A stretch of 64,000 nt of DNA. Origin: Torpedo marmorata. Lineage: Eukaryota. Below, piece by piece: positions 1 through 10,328 of this stretch (positions within the stretch are counted from its first letter, which is position 1; each line of letters starts with the position of its first letter). The stretch is from the NCBI GenBank assembly GCA_977017645.1, contig OZ360257.1, forward strand, positions 15,314,001-15,378,000, read 5' to 3'. Under the pieces are notes generated by a model. That model was not told the origin of the DNA and did no database searches. It saw only the letters and a program-made list of their open reading frames with translations. The position numbers and the translations under genes are program-made.

Positions 1-340
1 GAGTGGTTGATGAGTGGAATGGGCTTCCGGGAGAGGTGGTGGAGGCAGGGTCAATTCTGTCATTTAACGAAAAATTGGATAGGTATATGGATGGGAGGGG
101 AATGGAGGGATATGGGAAGGGTGCTGGTAGGTGGGATTAGAGGAGGTTACTTGGATCGGTGCGAACTGGCCTGTTTCCATTAAGTAGTTGTTAAATTTTA
201 TATGGTTATGTAAACTCATTCCACTACAATCTTATTTTCCCTATCGCACAGCGATAACGCTATATATTTCTTACGCCCTGTTCCTATCATGGAGTCTTTA
301 GAATGTCCAGATTTTAGCAACCTCCACCACCAGCCCAGGC
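1..340. mobile_element. Two CR1/HER1-type LINE 3' ends, tail to tail (+ strand 1-~200; - strand ~211-340)
   Basis: GAGGTGGTGGAGGCAGG...TTTAA...TTGGATAGGTATATGGATG is a typical CR1 3' end. 211-340 resembles the minus-strand CR1 tail at 1925-2053. Confidence 0.7.
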
Positions 341-1138
341 AATCTTTTGTAAATGGTATAAGATTATTCTGTATCAAAGACATTTTGGGTGATATATTTC
401 CTTTCATCCCTATCTCATAATTAATCTTGTTCCAAGCATTAATCAAATGTTTTAACAACGGTGTTTCTTTAACACCTGTCAATAATTTTGAATTCCATTT
501 ATATATAAATTCTTCTGGTACCTTTTCTCCTATTTCTCCAAGCTCTATTCCAACCCATGCAGGTCTTCATTCACTTTCAAAAAAAGAGGTAACAAATCTC
601 ATTTGTGCCGCTCGATAATAATTCTTAAAATTAGGGAGTTGTAGACCTCCCAGTTCATATTTCCATGTTAAACGTTCCATAGAAACTCTTGATATTTTAC
701 CTTTCCAAAGAAATTTTCGCACTTGTTTGTTTAAATCCTGAAAAAAAAACCTGTGGTAATAAAATAGGTATAGTTTGATACAAGTACTGTATCCTTGGAA
801 ATATATTCATTTTAATACAGTTAACTCTTCCAATCAATGTAATAGGTAAATTAATCAATTTTTACAATTCTTCTTTAATCTTTTTAAGCAATGGTAGATA
901 ATTCCATTTATATAAATTTTTTAATGTGTTATCTGTTCAAAACCCAAGATATTTTAATCCATTATGTGGCCATTTAAACTGAGTACTTCTTTTACATAAA
1001 GTATAATCTCCCTCTGTAAGAGGCATAATTTCACTTTTATCCCAATTTATCTTATAACCAGAGACTTTCCCATATTCCTCCAATTTAAAATGCAATTTTT
1101 TCAAAGAGGTCTCAGGCTCTGTCAAATATATTAAAACA
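341..1138 (-). mobile_element. L1-clade ORF2 internal fragment, decayed
   Basis: Minus-strand peptides LTEPETSLKKL..YGKVSGYKINWDKSEIM..LKYLG and PLLKHLINAWNKI..IQNNLIPF are collinear with the L1 ORF2 at 40727-41762. Confidence 0.88.
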
Positions 1139-1745
1139 GTCTTTAACTCTTTTGCTTTTTATGTCTTTATCTTGGCGCCAAATTCCTGACCATCAGCCGC
1201 ATTATACTGGCTAACCGAGCGAGGAGAGAACTACGAAGAAGGAACACCAATGCGAATCTCAGTGTCGCAGAGATGGGGAACCGCAGGAAACCGATAATGT
1301 TGCTGCTGGTCATTTCCAGCACGTTTATTCTCTTCAGGATGGCTTTCATATGCGTGCAATTTACTGATACGCAGTTTTTCGAAGGAAGCTGCAATGATAC
1401 CTTCACCATTGCGGGATTGTCGGGTTATATGCTGATGGTTTCGATTTCTTGCCCAATCCCATTGTTAACAATAGCGGTTAGAGCAACGCTATTTCAGCGC
1501 CAGCGACCCGGGTTCATTTCCGGCGCTACTGGAAGGAGTTTGTACGTTCTCCCCATGTCTACGTGTGTTTCCTCCGTGCCCTTCGGTTTCCTCCCAAATA
1601 AAAAAAAACGTATGTAGGTTGAAATTAAATTGTGGTATTTTGGTGGCACCGGCTACATTCAAAATTTAAACCACTTCCTTGTTGCACTGTCCCAGAGAAA
1701 ATCCAGAGAGGGTCTGAAGAATCTGGTAAAATGTCAAGGAATGAT
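1139..1745 (+). pseudogene. Family B GPR139-like pseudogene, 3' half (TM5-TM7), abutting an L1 fragment at its 5' side
   Basis: Translates LTISRIILANRARRELRR...EMGNRRKPIMLLLVISSTFILF...GYMLMVSISC, then a SINE, then LSQRKSREGLKNLVK. Confidence 0.8.
1471..1665 (+). mobile_element. tRNA-derived HE1/V-SINE inserted in TM7 of the family B pseudogene (also ~15149, 27339, 39846, 60533)
   Basis: A-box-like TAGCGGTTAG, B-box-like GGGTTCATTTCC, and the GGAGTTTGTACGTTCTCCCC..GGTTTCCTCCC core. Confidence 0.85.
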
Positions 1746-1859
1746 ACCATTTTATTTTCTCAAGTAACAAAATGAATAACCTCGAACAAAGTAAACAAAA
1801 ATCACTGTAGTGCATGACCACAAACGGACCTTCAAATGAAAATTGGGTCTCTGGAAGGT

Positions 1860-2750
1860 GCACAGAACATAAAATATACAACACACTGCAGTCCCTTCAG
1901 TACACGACGTTGTGCCAATTTACGTAAACCCATTCCACAACAATATTATTTCCCAAACGCACACCTATAACGCTATATCTTTTTACACCCTGTTCCTATC
2001 TTGGAGACATTGGAATGTCCCTATTGTAGCAACCTCCACCACCACCACAGGTAATGATTTCGAGCGACCAACCACTATCTGTTTAAAAACGTTCCTCCCA
2101 CATTTGCCTTAACGTTTCCTTTACTCGCCTTAATAAGCTGTCCTCAGGTATTAACTATTGTCGCCAAAGGAAAGAAGTGCTGTATGTCCAAAATTTCTAA
2201 GCCCCCTCATAATCTTATATACCTCTGTTTATTCACCTGTGACCACAGAGTAAAGCTCTATCTCTGTGAACCTTGCTCCATATGACATGGTCTCCACTCC
2301 AGGCAATAAAACATCCTGATAAATATCTGCTTCTCTCTAATGCATCTACATACTTGCAGCAAAACAAAGCGACCAGAACTGAACGCAATATTCCAAGTGT
2401 GGTCTCACCAGAGTTTTATGGGTCTGCAACATTTCCTCTCGGCTTTTATCCGACGAATGAAGGCCAACCCAACATACACCTTCTTGACCAGCGCATGAAC
2501 TTGCGCAGCAACCTTGAGGGTGTATTAACATGGGCCCCAAGATCTCTCAATTCCTCCAAACTGTTAGAAATTCTGCTATTAACACGCACTCCGCCTTCGA
2601 TTCGACCTCTAAAGTGCACTACACTTAACCGTATTGAACTCAATCTGCCACTTCTCTGCCCAACTCCGCCTCCTGTCTATATCCCGTTATAGCCCACGAC
2701 AGCCTTCTGCACTCCCGACAACTTGTGAACCGTTGTATCATTCGAAAATG
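1860..2750 (-). mobile_element. Decayed CR1/HER1 LINE 3' portion (copies at ~15610-16500, 27800-28690, 40330-43260 split by L1, 48883-49170, 61000-61880)
   Basis: Minus-strand peptides include MLQTHKTLVRPHLEYCVQFWS and EELRDLGAHV. Confidence 0.88.
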
Positions 2751-2904
2751 CAAAGAAAATAGAGTACAGAAAGAAACTCTGTGATTGGACATGATGCCTT
2801 CGAACCAACCCTCAGCGTTGATGCATTACCCCAAATACCACAGGCGATCCAAACACTCCTCGGATCTGTGTGGCGTTTGCAACAAAAATTAACTCAGAAT
2901 TTCA

Positions 2905-3083
2905 AGCGGGACGGTTCACGTCACAGATCAGTGCAACGCATTCACAGCGTCAGCGACGCGGGTTCAAATACAGCGCTGCCCTGGAAAGAGTTTTATTGCT
3001 TTCCCTCGTGAACTGCTCGGTTTCCCCGGGTAAAAAATGTATGGGGTTGGCATGTTCAATGGATGTAATTTAGCAGCACGGGC
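2905..3083 (+). mobile_element. Old SINE of the same class upstream of the family A promoter (all units)
   Basis: GCAACGC..ACAGCGTCAGCGACGCGGGTTCAAAT..GCGCTG..GAGTTT..GGTTTCCCCGGG. Confidence 0.7.
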
Positions 3084-3189
3084 GTCATGAGCTAAGTGTC
3101 TGTATATTTTAAATAAAACTTCAGTCAAGCCAGCATGGCAGTCGACGAGTGAAAACAAATCCTCAGGTCAGACCGACTGATGAACTTTT

Positions 3190-3560
3190 GAAAACTCATG
3201 GGAACAAAGTTATTTTTAGGTGTATAATAATGAGAAGGAAAATATGTGTGATAATCAGGATCATTAGGAGCAAACAACGGAGAGAATTGCGAACATGTCA
3301 CCCCAGGGACGAGGTTCAGGCGAAGCAAATGGAGATAGATGAACGCGACACTCCAGTGTCACGGTTCCACGTCAGGTGATGCAGCGAGCTCGCACCTGAA
3401 CCTTGTTTATTACGATAACTGGTGTTAGTTACTCTGGGCGGAGTGATCTCAGGTCATTAACTTAGAATGAACTGATACTGTTTGTTAAATCGAGTATGTG
3501 GAGGTGTTATGTAATTTAATGTCCCAGTAGAACGGCTGTCCTATAAATTAGGCTTCACAG
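3190..3560 (+). promoter_or_regulatory. Putative family A proximal promoter (also upstream of 17392, 29569, 44153 and 62763)
   Basis: TATAAAT at 3542-3548, ~80 nt before the ATG, is present in all five copies. Also a GGGCGG GC box at ~3436, CCACGTCA at 3367-3374, inverted E-boxes CAGGTG (3373) and CACCTG (3393), TGTTTAT at ~3404 and ACCCCAGGGA at 3300-3309. Confidence 0.6.
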
Positions 3561-3622
3561 TGAAACTCTTCGTTTTCACATATGCATATGTGCTGTAGAG
3601 AAACCGCTCTTATCCTCAAAAG

Positions 3623-3683
3623 ATGCCACGAATGGACGCCACGGAGATCTTCTATCCCAGTCTTGCAATTGTCGGCATTCCTG
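3623..3683 (+). CDS. gpr139-like: Family A GPCR copy 1, coding exon 1 (MPRMDATEIFYPSLAIVGIP+G)
   Basis: ATG at 3623 and a second in-frame ATG at 3632. The exon ends CCTG|GTAAGT (canonical donor at 3684, phase 1). It encodes the start of TM1 and joins exon 2 in frame as P-G-N-L-L. Confidence 0.88.
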
Positions 3684-3924
3684 GTAAGTGATTTTGCTGC
3701 GATCTCCGCCGAGTGTTTTCTGGTTGTCCGTATTNNNNNNNNNNNNNNNNNNNNNNNNNNNNNNNNNNNNNNNNNNNNNNNNNNNNNNNNNNNNNNNNNN
3801 NNNNNNNNNNNNNNNNNNNNNNNNNNNNNNNNNNNNNNNNNNNNNNNNNNNNNNNNNNNNNNNNNNNNNNAGCCGTCGTCGCCCTGCCAGGATTTAAAGA
3901 ATCATTTGACCTACAGTTGTTGAA

Positions 3925-4486
3925 GTTAGACAATGTCCAGTCAATAGAAAATAAATCCGAAGACCTCAGGGCAAAACTGCTATATCAGAGACAGTTGAGA
4001 CAAATCAGTTGTTTGCTGCTCCAAGTCCTGGTTAACAGAAAACACAAAGAACGCTGCGATCCGACCAGAGGTTTTAATCATTCACAGGCTGGACTGAGAC
4101 ATGGATTCTGGCAAAGTGAGAGGGCACGGTGTTTGCTTTTCAGTTAATATCGGTTGGTGCCCGGACGTTGGTGTTCATTCGAAATCTTCCTGCAGATATC
4201 GATCAAATGCAAACCCTTCAATGTACCCCTTGGGTTCTCATCAGTTATTCTCACCCGAGTGTATCTCCTTCCCGACACCAACTACAAACAGGCACTTGCG
4301 GAGCTGCATGACGTGGTCAGTAAACAAGCCCACCCCGAGACACTTCCAGTCACAGTCGTTGACTTTTACCAGGCCTGTCTTAAGAAAGCCCTGCGCAAAT
4401 ATCACCAGCACGTAACCTGCTGTACCAGAGGCACCAGCTCATTTGATCATTGCGACAACATAAGGAATGCTTACATTCTATCATGA
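3925..4486 (+). mobile_element. Rex1/Babar-type LINE endonuclease fragment inside family A intron 1 (full in units 1, 2, 3 and 6; partial in 4 and 5)
   Basis: Peptides NVQSIENKSEDLRAKLLYQR, SGKVRGHGVCFSVNIGWC and IKCKPF..FSSVILT.VY..QALAELHDVV..DFYQACLKK..YHQHVTCCTRG..DHC match the recalled Rex1/Babar APE pattern. Confidence 0.78.
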
Positions 4487-4509
4487 TAGAGCATGTTGGT
4501 GTTTGCTGT

Positions 4510-5240
4510 CCACCCCATCTAAACCCCTCATAATGTTGTCTACCCCGAATAATTCACCTCTAACCCTTAATCGCTGAAAGAGAAAATCCCCAGATCCATC
4601 TACCTTCCTTCATATGACAGGTTCTCCAATCCAGGCAACACCTTTGCACACTCTCCAGAGCGTCCAGGTATTTCCCATAAGGAGGCGACCTTAATGAACG
4701 CAACGATTTGAACTGTTTATCGTCACATGTCCGGAGAAAAATGAAAAGGCGTTATGTTGCCTGCTATCCAGGCAAATCAAGCCAAATGAAATACAGCCGG
4801 CAGCGCAAGGATAAAAATAGTACAGGTTATAGTGTTACAATAATGTACAGCATGACGTGTTAAAGACAGGAGTGCTGTTAATCTATGCAAGTCATTACCT
4901 TTTACTCATGAGAGGACTGTTCAAGAACCTGACAGCAGGAAGCTAATTGCCCTTGAATCTGGTGGGTGCGTTTTTTACAAACTCGTGGTTGTTCTGCCCG
5001 ACGGCATGAAGAATCAGAGACTGTGATAGGGGTGGAATAGATTCTTTAACATGTATAGTGAATATTTATCCCCGAGACGGCGGGATATATGGACGGAGTC
5101 GATGGACGGGGGATTGGCTTATTGAGAACACTGAATTGCGTTCATTTCTCTTCTTAGTTTCTTGTGACCCCGACCGTAGCAGTTTTCACACCAATCTGTG
5201 ATGCACCCTCACCGGACACTTTCTATTGTGCACCTGCACA
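4510..5240 (-). mobile_element. Minus-strand CR1 fragment (~4510-4700) followed by a minus-strand Rex1/Babar-like 3' end (~4700-5240), intron 1
   Basis: Minus-strand WSPPYRKYLDALDKVQR (CR1) in the unit-2 copy. TTCAAGAACCTGACAGC...TTGAATCTGGTGG...TTCTGCCCGACGG is a typical reverse-read LINE 3' end. Confidence 0.6.
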
Positions 5241-5469
5241 CAACGGTCAGGATCAGTGGAGACAGGCCGAAATTCCTCAGCTTCTGTGGAAGTGGAGACG
5301 TTGCTGCGCTTTCCGTGCCGTAGTGCCAGTGTAATGTCGGCAACTGCATAATTTACAGGAGCATACAAATGATCCGATTAGTTTATTCCCACAGCTTCCA
5401 TTGTAAAAATCACGTTAAAGCTGTTGGCTTGTTTTTCTGGTAGTTTCCTGGTTTTCCATCTTGTTACAG

Positions 5470-6356
5470 GTAACCTGCTCTCGATTGTGGTCCTGTCCCG
5501 GGGAATGTGCGGCCTCTCCAAAGGAGTGACTCGTTACATGGTAACCATGGCCGTTGCAGACACAATGGTCTGTGTGTTTAACGTTACGGTGACAAACGTC
5601 TTCCGCTATCATTTTCCTCATTCATTCCTGGCACATACCTCCACTTGTCGTCTTATAGCCTTCATACAGATATTTAGCGTGCAATTCTCTGTCTGGGCCA
5701 CGGTATCGTTCACAGTGGACCGCTTCATTGCCATTTGTTGCCAGCATTTCAAAACAAAATATTGTACCGAAAGAAACGCCACGGTGGTTCTTACAACTGT
5801 GTGTCTGCTGAGTTTTTTGATGCACATTCCAGCTTATTTCCGGTATGAACCGCATTACATTGCGGGTGATGTCCAATGGGGCTGCCGTACTATAACACAA
5901 TATATTTATTCACCAGCATGGCAGACTTACAGATGGTTGTCTAAACTTATGGTACCACTGGTGCCGCTGCCGCTGATGTTGCTGTTGAATTCTCTCACCG
6001 TCCGACACATTTTACTTGTCAGCAGAGCTCGGAAGGCTTTGAAGCGCCGTGGGGACGGCGAGGTCTGTGATCCCGAGATGACGAACCGGAGAACGTCCAT
6101 TATATTGCTCTTCGCCATTTCTGGTAACTTCATTGCGTTGTGGACACCAGTTACGATAATTGACATATTTTACCAACTCACAACCTTTGCTGTCGACGCC
6201 CCGAAGTCACTGCTTCTGGCAATTAGAATCGCGATTCTGCTGATGTATTTGAGCTGCTGTACAAACACTTGTGTTTATGCATTGACACAGAGGAGATTCC
6301 GGGAGGAGGTGAAAAAAGTTGCAAATTATCCATTTATTGCCTTTGTATGGTTTTAA
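5470..6356 (+). CDS. gpr139-like: Family A GPCR copy 1, exon 2 (GPR139/GPR142-like class A 7TM; 315 aa spliced)
   Basis: Pyrimidine tract followed by TTACAG|GT at 5469/5470. Motifs: GN in TM1, MAVAD in TM2, C3.25, SVWATVSFTVDRFIAICC..KTKYCT, ECL2 WGC, NSLTVRHIL, FIALWTP in TM6, SCCTNTCVY and RFREE. The ORF-track start at 5424 is intronic. Confidence 0.93.
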
Positions 6357-7128
6357 AACCAATCACGCAGTCACATGAATAAGAGATCATGGCCCTGTTC
6401 CTCAGTCCGTTTCCAATGACGACTCTCGTTCTTTTTCTTAATCATTCCCTGTAACGTAAACCCTGTAAAACAAAGCAAAACACACACACCATTCCCACAA
6501 AAAAATGCCGGTACATTGCCTCCTTTACAGCTAAATGGAGGCAAATTGTGCGACTACTGGATAACTGGCCATTGTAAATGTCCAAACTATTGAACGAAAC
6601 ATTCAACGACGTACTGTATGAATCAAATGCTGCCAAGGTTAATCAATATGTCAAGTTTGACTTCAGGTTTATTGTCGCATGAACAAAGACTTTATAAGAG
6701 TGTTTTTGTACAACATACCAGTGGACATCTCATACATAGTACAAGGAGTGAGACACAATGNNNNNNNNNNNNNNNNNNNNNNNNNNNNNNNNNNNNNNNN
6801 NNNNNNNNNNNNNNNNNNNNNNNNNNNNNNNNNNNNNNNNNNNNNNNNNNNNNNNNNNNNNNNNNNNNNNNNNNNNNNNNNNNNNNNNNNNNNNNNNNNN
6901 NNNAACAAAGGAAACATAATTTCACTTCTTGGGACAAAAACATAAACGCAGAGATTTATCAGCAGGCCTGGTGTCGGCTGTGCCAGATCTTTAAAGGAAA
7001 TTCCGCTGGAGAACTGAATCGAACTTCATCGGGTCAAGCATTTGAAAATTCTTTTTTTTGCATTTTTAAAAAGGTAGTATCCCAAACACAGGTCGTGTCA
7101 TATTTAATGTTCTGTACCATAGCATAAG

Positions 7129-7134
7129 AATAAA
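7129..7134 (+). terminator. Candidate polyadenylation signal for family A (AATAAA; equivalent at 21003 and in units 3 and 5)
   Basis: AATAAA conserved ~0.8-0.9 kb after the stop codon in all four exon-2-bearing units. No transcript evidence. Confidence 0.35.
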
Positions 7135-7239
7135 ATAATCTTGAATCTGGTAATATTTAGATCAGTTGAAAACTTGGGTTGAGCGATGATAGCTAGACTT
7201 TAACACTGAAAACTGCAAATAGTGCAGGAAATATGCACA

Positions 7240-7700
7240 GAATGTTCCAGCAGGAAGGAAACGTGATGAACAGAGAGATATGGGGGTCTGAATTCACAGT
7301 TCCCTGAAAGCAACAACACAGTTTTTAGGGTGATGTTCCCTTTCTAGGTCGGGGATAAATTATAAGAACTCTCCTGTCACAAACACTTTTCAGACTGTAC
7401 TTGAAGTATTGTTTACAATTCCGGTCGCCACACTATTAATGTGATTGGACCGGATATGTTTCAAAGGAAATTCACCAGGATGTTGCCTGAACAGGAGGAC
7501 GAGTTTTGGAGGGTGTTTAATAAGAAGAGGTTTATTTTCCCTGGAGCATATCAGGTTTAGGAACGAGTTGGGAAATGTAAGTAAAATGTTGAGAGTCACT
7601 GAGAGGGAAGATGTTCAAAATCCATTTCCAATGACAGGGATAACAAAAATAAGTGGACCCGAGTTTAAGGTGAGTTTTAAGGGGGATCTAAGAGATTGTC
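7240..7700 (+). mobile_element. Decayed CR1 fragment downstream of family A (units 1, 2, 3, 5)
   Basis: Peptides GLFSLEHIRFRNEL and SGPEFKV; nucleotide motif TTCACCAGGATGTTGCCTG. Confidence 0.7.
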
Positions 7701-7717
7701 TTCTTAAACAGGCATAT

Positions 7718-7812
7718 GAAGCAAAGAAAATATGATGGAGGAACTCAATGGGTCGAGCATCATTCGTGGAGATAAGAAACATCGACGTTTCGGGTCTGAA
7801 CCCTTCATCACG
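7718..7812. mobile_element. Short Penelope-like-derived repeat end (a related piece at ~8805-8935)
   Basis: TGATGGAGGAACTCA...CGACGTTTCGGGTCTGAACCCTTCATCA resembles the abundant elasmobranch Penelope terminal motif. Recalled, not searched. Confidence 0.45.
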
Positions 7813-9414
7813 CTTGATATTTGATTTGCTCTTCTCGGGGATGTGGTGAAGTCAGATATAATTCTAGAAACACCTCAGTAAGGAAGCCTCTGTTTCTGTG
7901 AGGCGCGGCTCTTGACTCAATTAGCTTTATGAAGTTGGCTCTCTCATGTTAGGTGAGGATCTATTTTAATACCCCAGACGCCTTCTCAACAGCAGAATTC
8001 CCGTCAATGGGTTGGAATATCCTTAACCATCAGTATGAACAGTGGGGTGACGAGCAGCACTCTCCATTCCAGCAGAACTGTTCCTGAATCAGCAAAAACG
8101 GAACAAGTTAATACTTTAATCGTGTGCTGCTTCCACTGGGCTCCATAATCATACGTGTGGTCAATCTTAACATGATTGAGCTGATCGGCGTTTTATTGTT
8201 TCATCTCTGGTTTAAACTCTGTCGGTTTCAGTGGTGAGCTGTGCCAATATCTGTCCCTGCTGTCAATATCGAAAAGGAAAATTATTCAGCAGATATAATC
8301 AATGTTTACAGTTCAGTCCTCTGAGTCCTAAGATCACCACGCCAATATCTTTGTGGAACCCTTGCTCAGTTTTGTATCACGTGTGTATATCTTCGGATAT
8401 TCCCATTAAATAACAATACGGATCACAGAAAAGTAGAGCCTGAAAGGGCCTCCCTCTGGTACGGTTTCTATCTGCCTGCTCTCCCGGGGTCCGCAACCGC
8501 TCGTGGCCGCTGCCGAGCCGAGGCGCCACTCTCTTGTGCACAGACCCCGAGGGTACAGGATTTTACTTAAAGGTACAGTGGGATCCTTTATCAGCCCTTT
8601 TAAAGCCTGTACGGGGCAGCCAACATGAGGGCCGCGCAGTTGAACCCTTCGGAGCAGCGCTATGTCTCGTGGACAAACGCTGTGTCTATGTCAGTCATGT
8701 CTGTCTAAGGCTTTTGGAGCCGGTCTGATAATTGAGGTATCGTGTTAAAATTAGAACTCTGCTGAATCTTGCTTCACAATTAATACCCAGGAAATTCAAC
8801 AGATAAGTCTGCCGATGCTGTAATTGTAGTGCAATACATTAAAGTACAGAATAAACTCAGCAGCTCATGCAACGTCCATTGGAAGAAAGGTTTTATATCT
8901 CCTGAGTTACTCCAGCACTATTGTGTATTGTACGAATATCCAGGGATGTATTCATTTATCTTTTATCTAACTGAAATACTGACACTGTTTTTTTTTTTGA
9001 TCGAGAAAAGTCGCCATGGAGAAGTACGCCTGCAATTGAATGAACCGATGGGAGCTCTGTGGAATTTTCAAATACTTTTACCAAAAGTAAACATTATTAC
9101 CAATAAAATAATTACAAAATCAAACCGTTCAGTCTTATCGCGTGATTTGTGTCATATCCATAGACATCCATCACTGTTCATTGTTAAAGACGTTCTCTTT
9201 TAAGCACATTTGCCACCTTGTCGATACTCCCCCAACTGGTGATTGAGGCTTCCCCTCCGGTCTCAGCCCCTCAATTTCCGGTAGCGGAAGGACTAAACAT
9301 CGTGCTCCTTCCTCACGGCGCCATCGCGTTGGCTGCAAGCACATGCATAATGCAGGTGCTGATAAACAACACTGTGAGAACGACCGACAATATCTAAGTA
9401 GCATGTTTTAACTT

Positions 9415-9688
9415 TTTAATTTAAATTTAGATTATTATTTTTTAATTTATACATACAGCACGATAACAAATCCTTTCGGTCCACAAGCCCATGCCACCTA
9501 ATCACACCCAATTGACCTACACACCCAGTACGTTTGAAGGGTGGAAGCAAACCGGAGTCCGTTGGGAAAACCCAGGCAGACACGGGGAGAACGTAAAAGC
9601 TCCTCACAGTCAGCGTGGGATTCGATCCCCAGTCCCACTCGCTGGCGCTGTAACAGGGTTGCGCTAACCACTACGCTAACTTTGCCGC
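9415..9688 (-). mobile_element. Full-length HE1/V-SINE (also ~54785-55056; deleted in units 2 and 3)
   Basis: Reverse complement reads GCGGCAAAGTTAGCGTAGTGGTTAGCGCAAC..TTACAGCGCCAGCGA..GGATCGAATCCC..TACGTTCTCCCCGTGTCTG, with an AT-rich TTTAAA tail. Confidence 0.87.
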
Positions 9689-10328
9689 TCCGCGAAGAAG
9701 ATCGAGTAAGTTATTTTGAAAAAGAATATGACCCAAATTCTCATTTTCAAAATTTTCCCTTCCAAAGGCAGGGTTCATAATGCTGAAAATATTATTTGCA
9801 GTAGTTCTACGTTGTTATGCAAGTTAAATCGTCAATTTATTGGCACAAAATTCGATAGCTGTTGACAAATTTAAGAAGCCCAAGGAAATAATCTGAACAA
9901 TTTGTTGGAGAATTCCGAAAATTAATTTCAATTTGCTAATATTCAAACGAACTACTTGATCTGATTTTTGTGTGGATTTCAGAACAATTATATTTCCAAC
10001 CCAAAGGCAAAATGATATAGTATTTTTCAAGATTCCAACAGTGTGAATTTAAACAATACTAAGGAACAGGCAAATCATCACAAGTTCTAGGGTTTGTTGG
10101 TTCTTTCACGAATCTGCAAATACACATCGTCACTATAATAACGCGATATGGTTATACTTTGTTTGGAATGATTCGTGTTCCTGATCGACATCAGCAGTTA
10201 TGACTTGATTTAATCTATTTGCTCCAATGAAAATCTGCGACTAATGACAAACATTTTGTGTTCATGTGTCATTATGTGTCAGGTTTACTTTATTTATAAG
10301 TCAGGCATTGCTGTGAATTCCATTAAGC

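Noticed and set aside
3149-3379. 76-aa ORF MKTNPQVR... repeated upstream of exon 1
   Set aside because: GTG start, overlaps the promoter, is broken in unit 6 and has no homology; a by-product of duplication.
5424-5469. ORF-track N-termini MACFSGSFLVFHLVT (also 19150 and 31366) suggesting intronless genes
   Set aside because: This is the intron pyrimidine tract ending in CAG. In unit 5 it contains an in-frame stop, and a proper exon 1 with a GTAAGT donor exists upstream.
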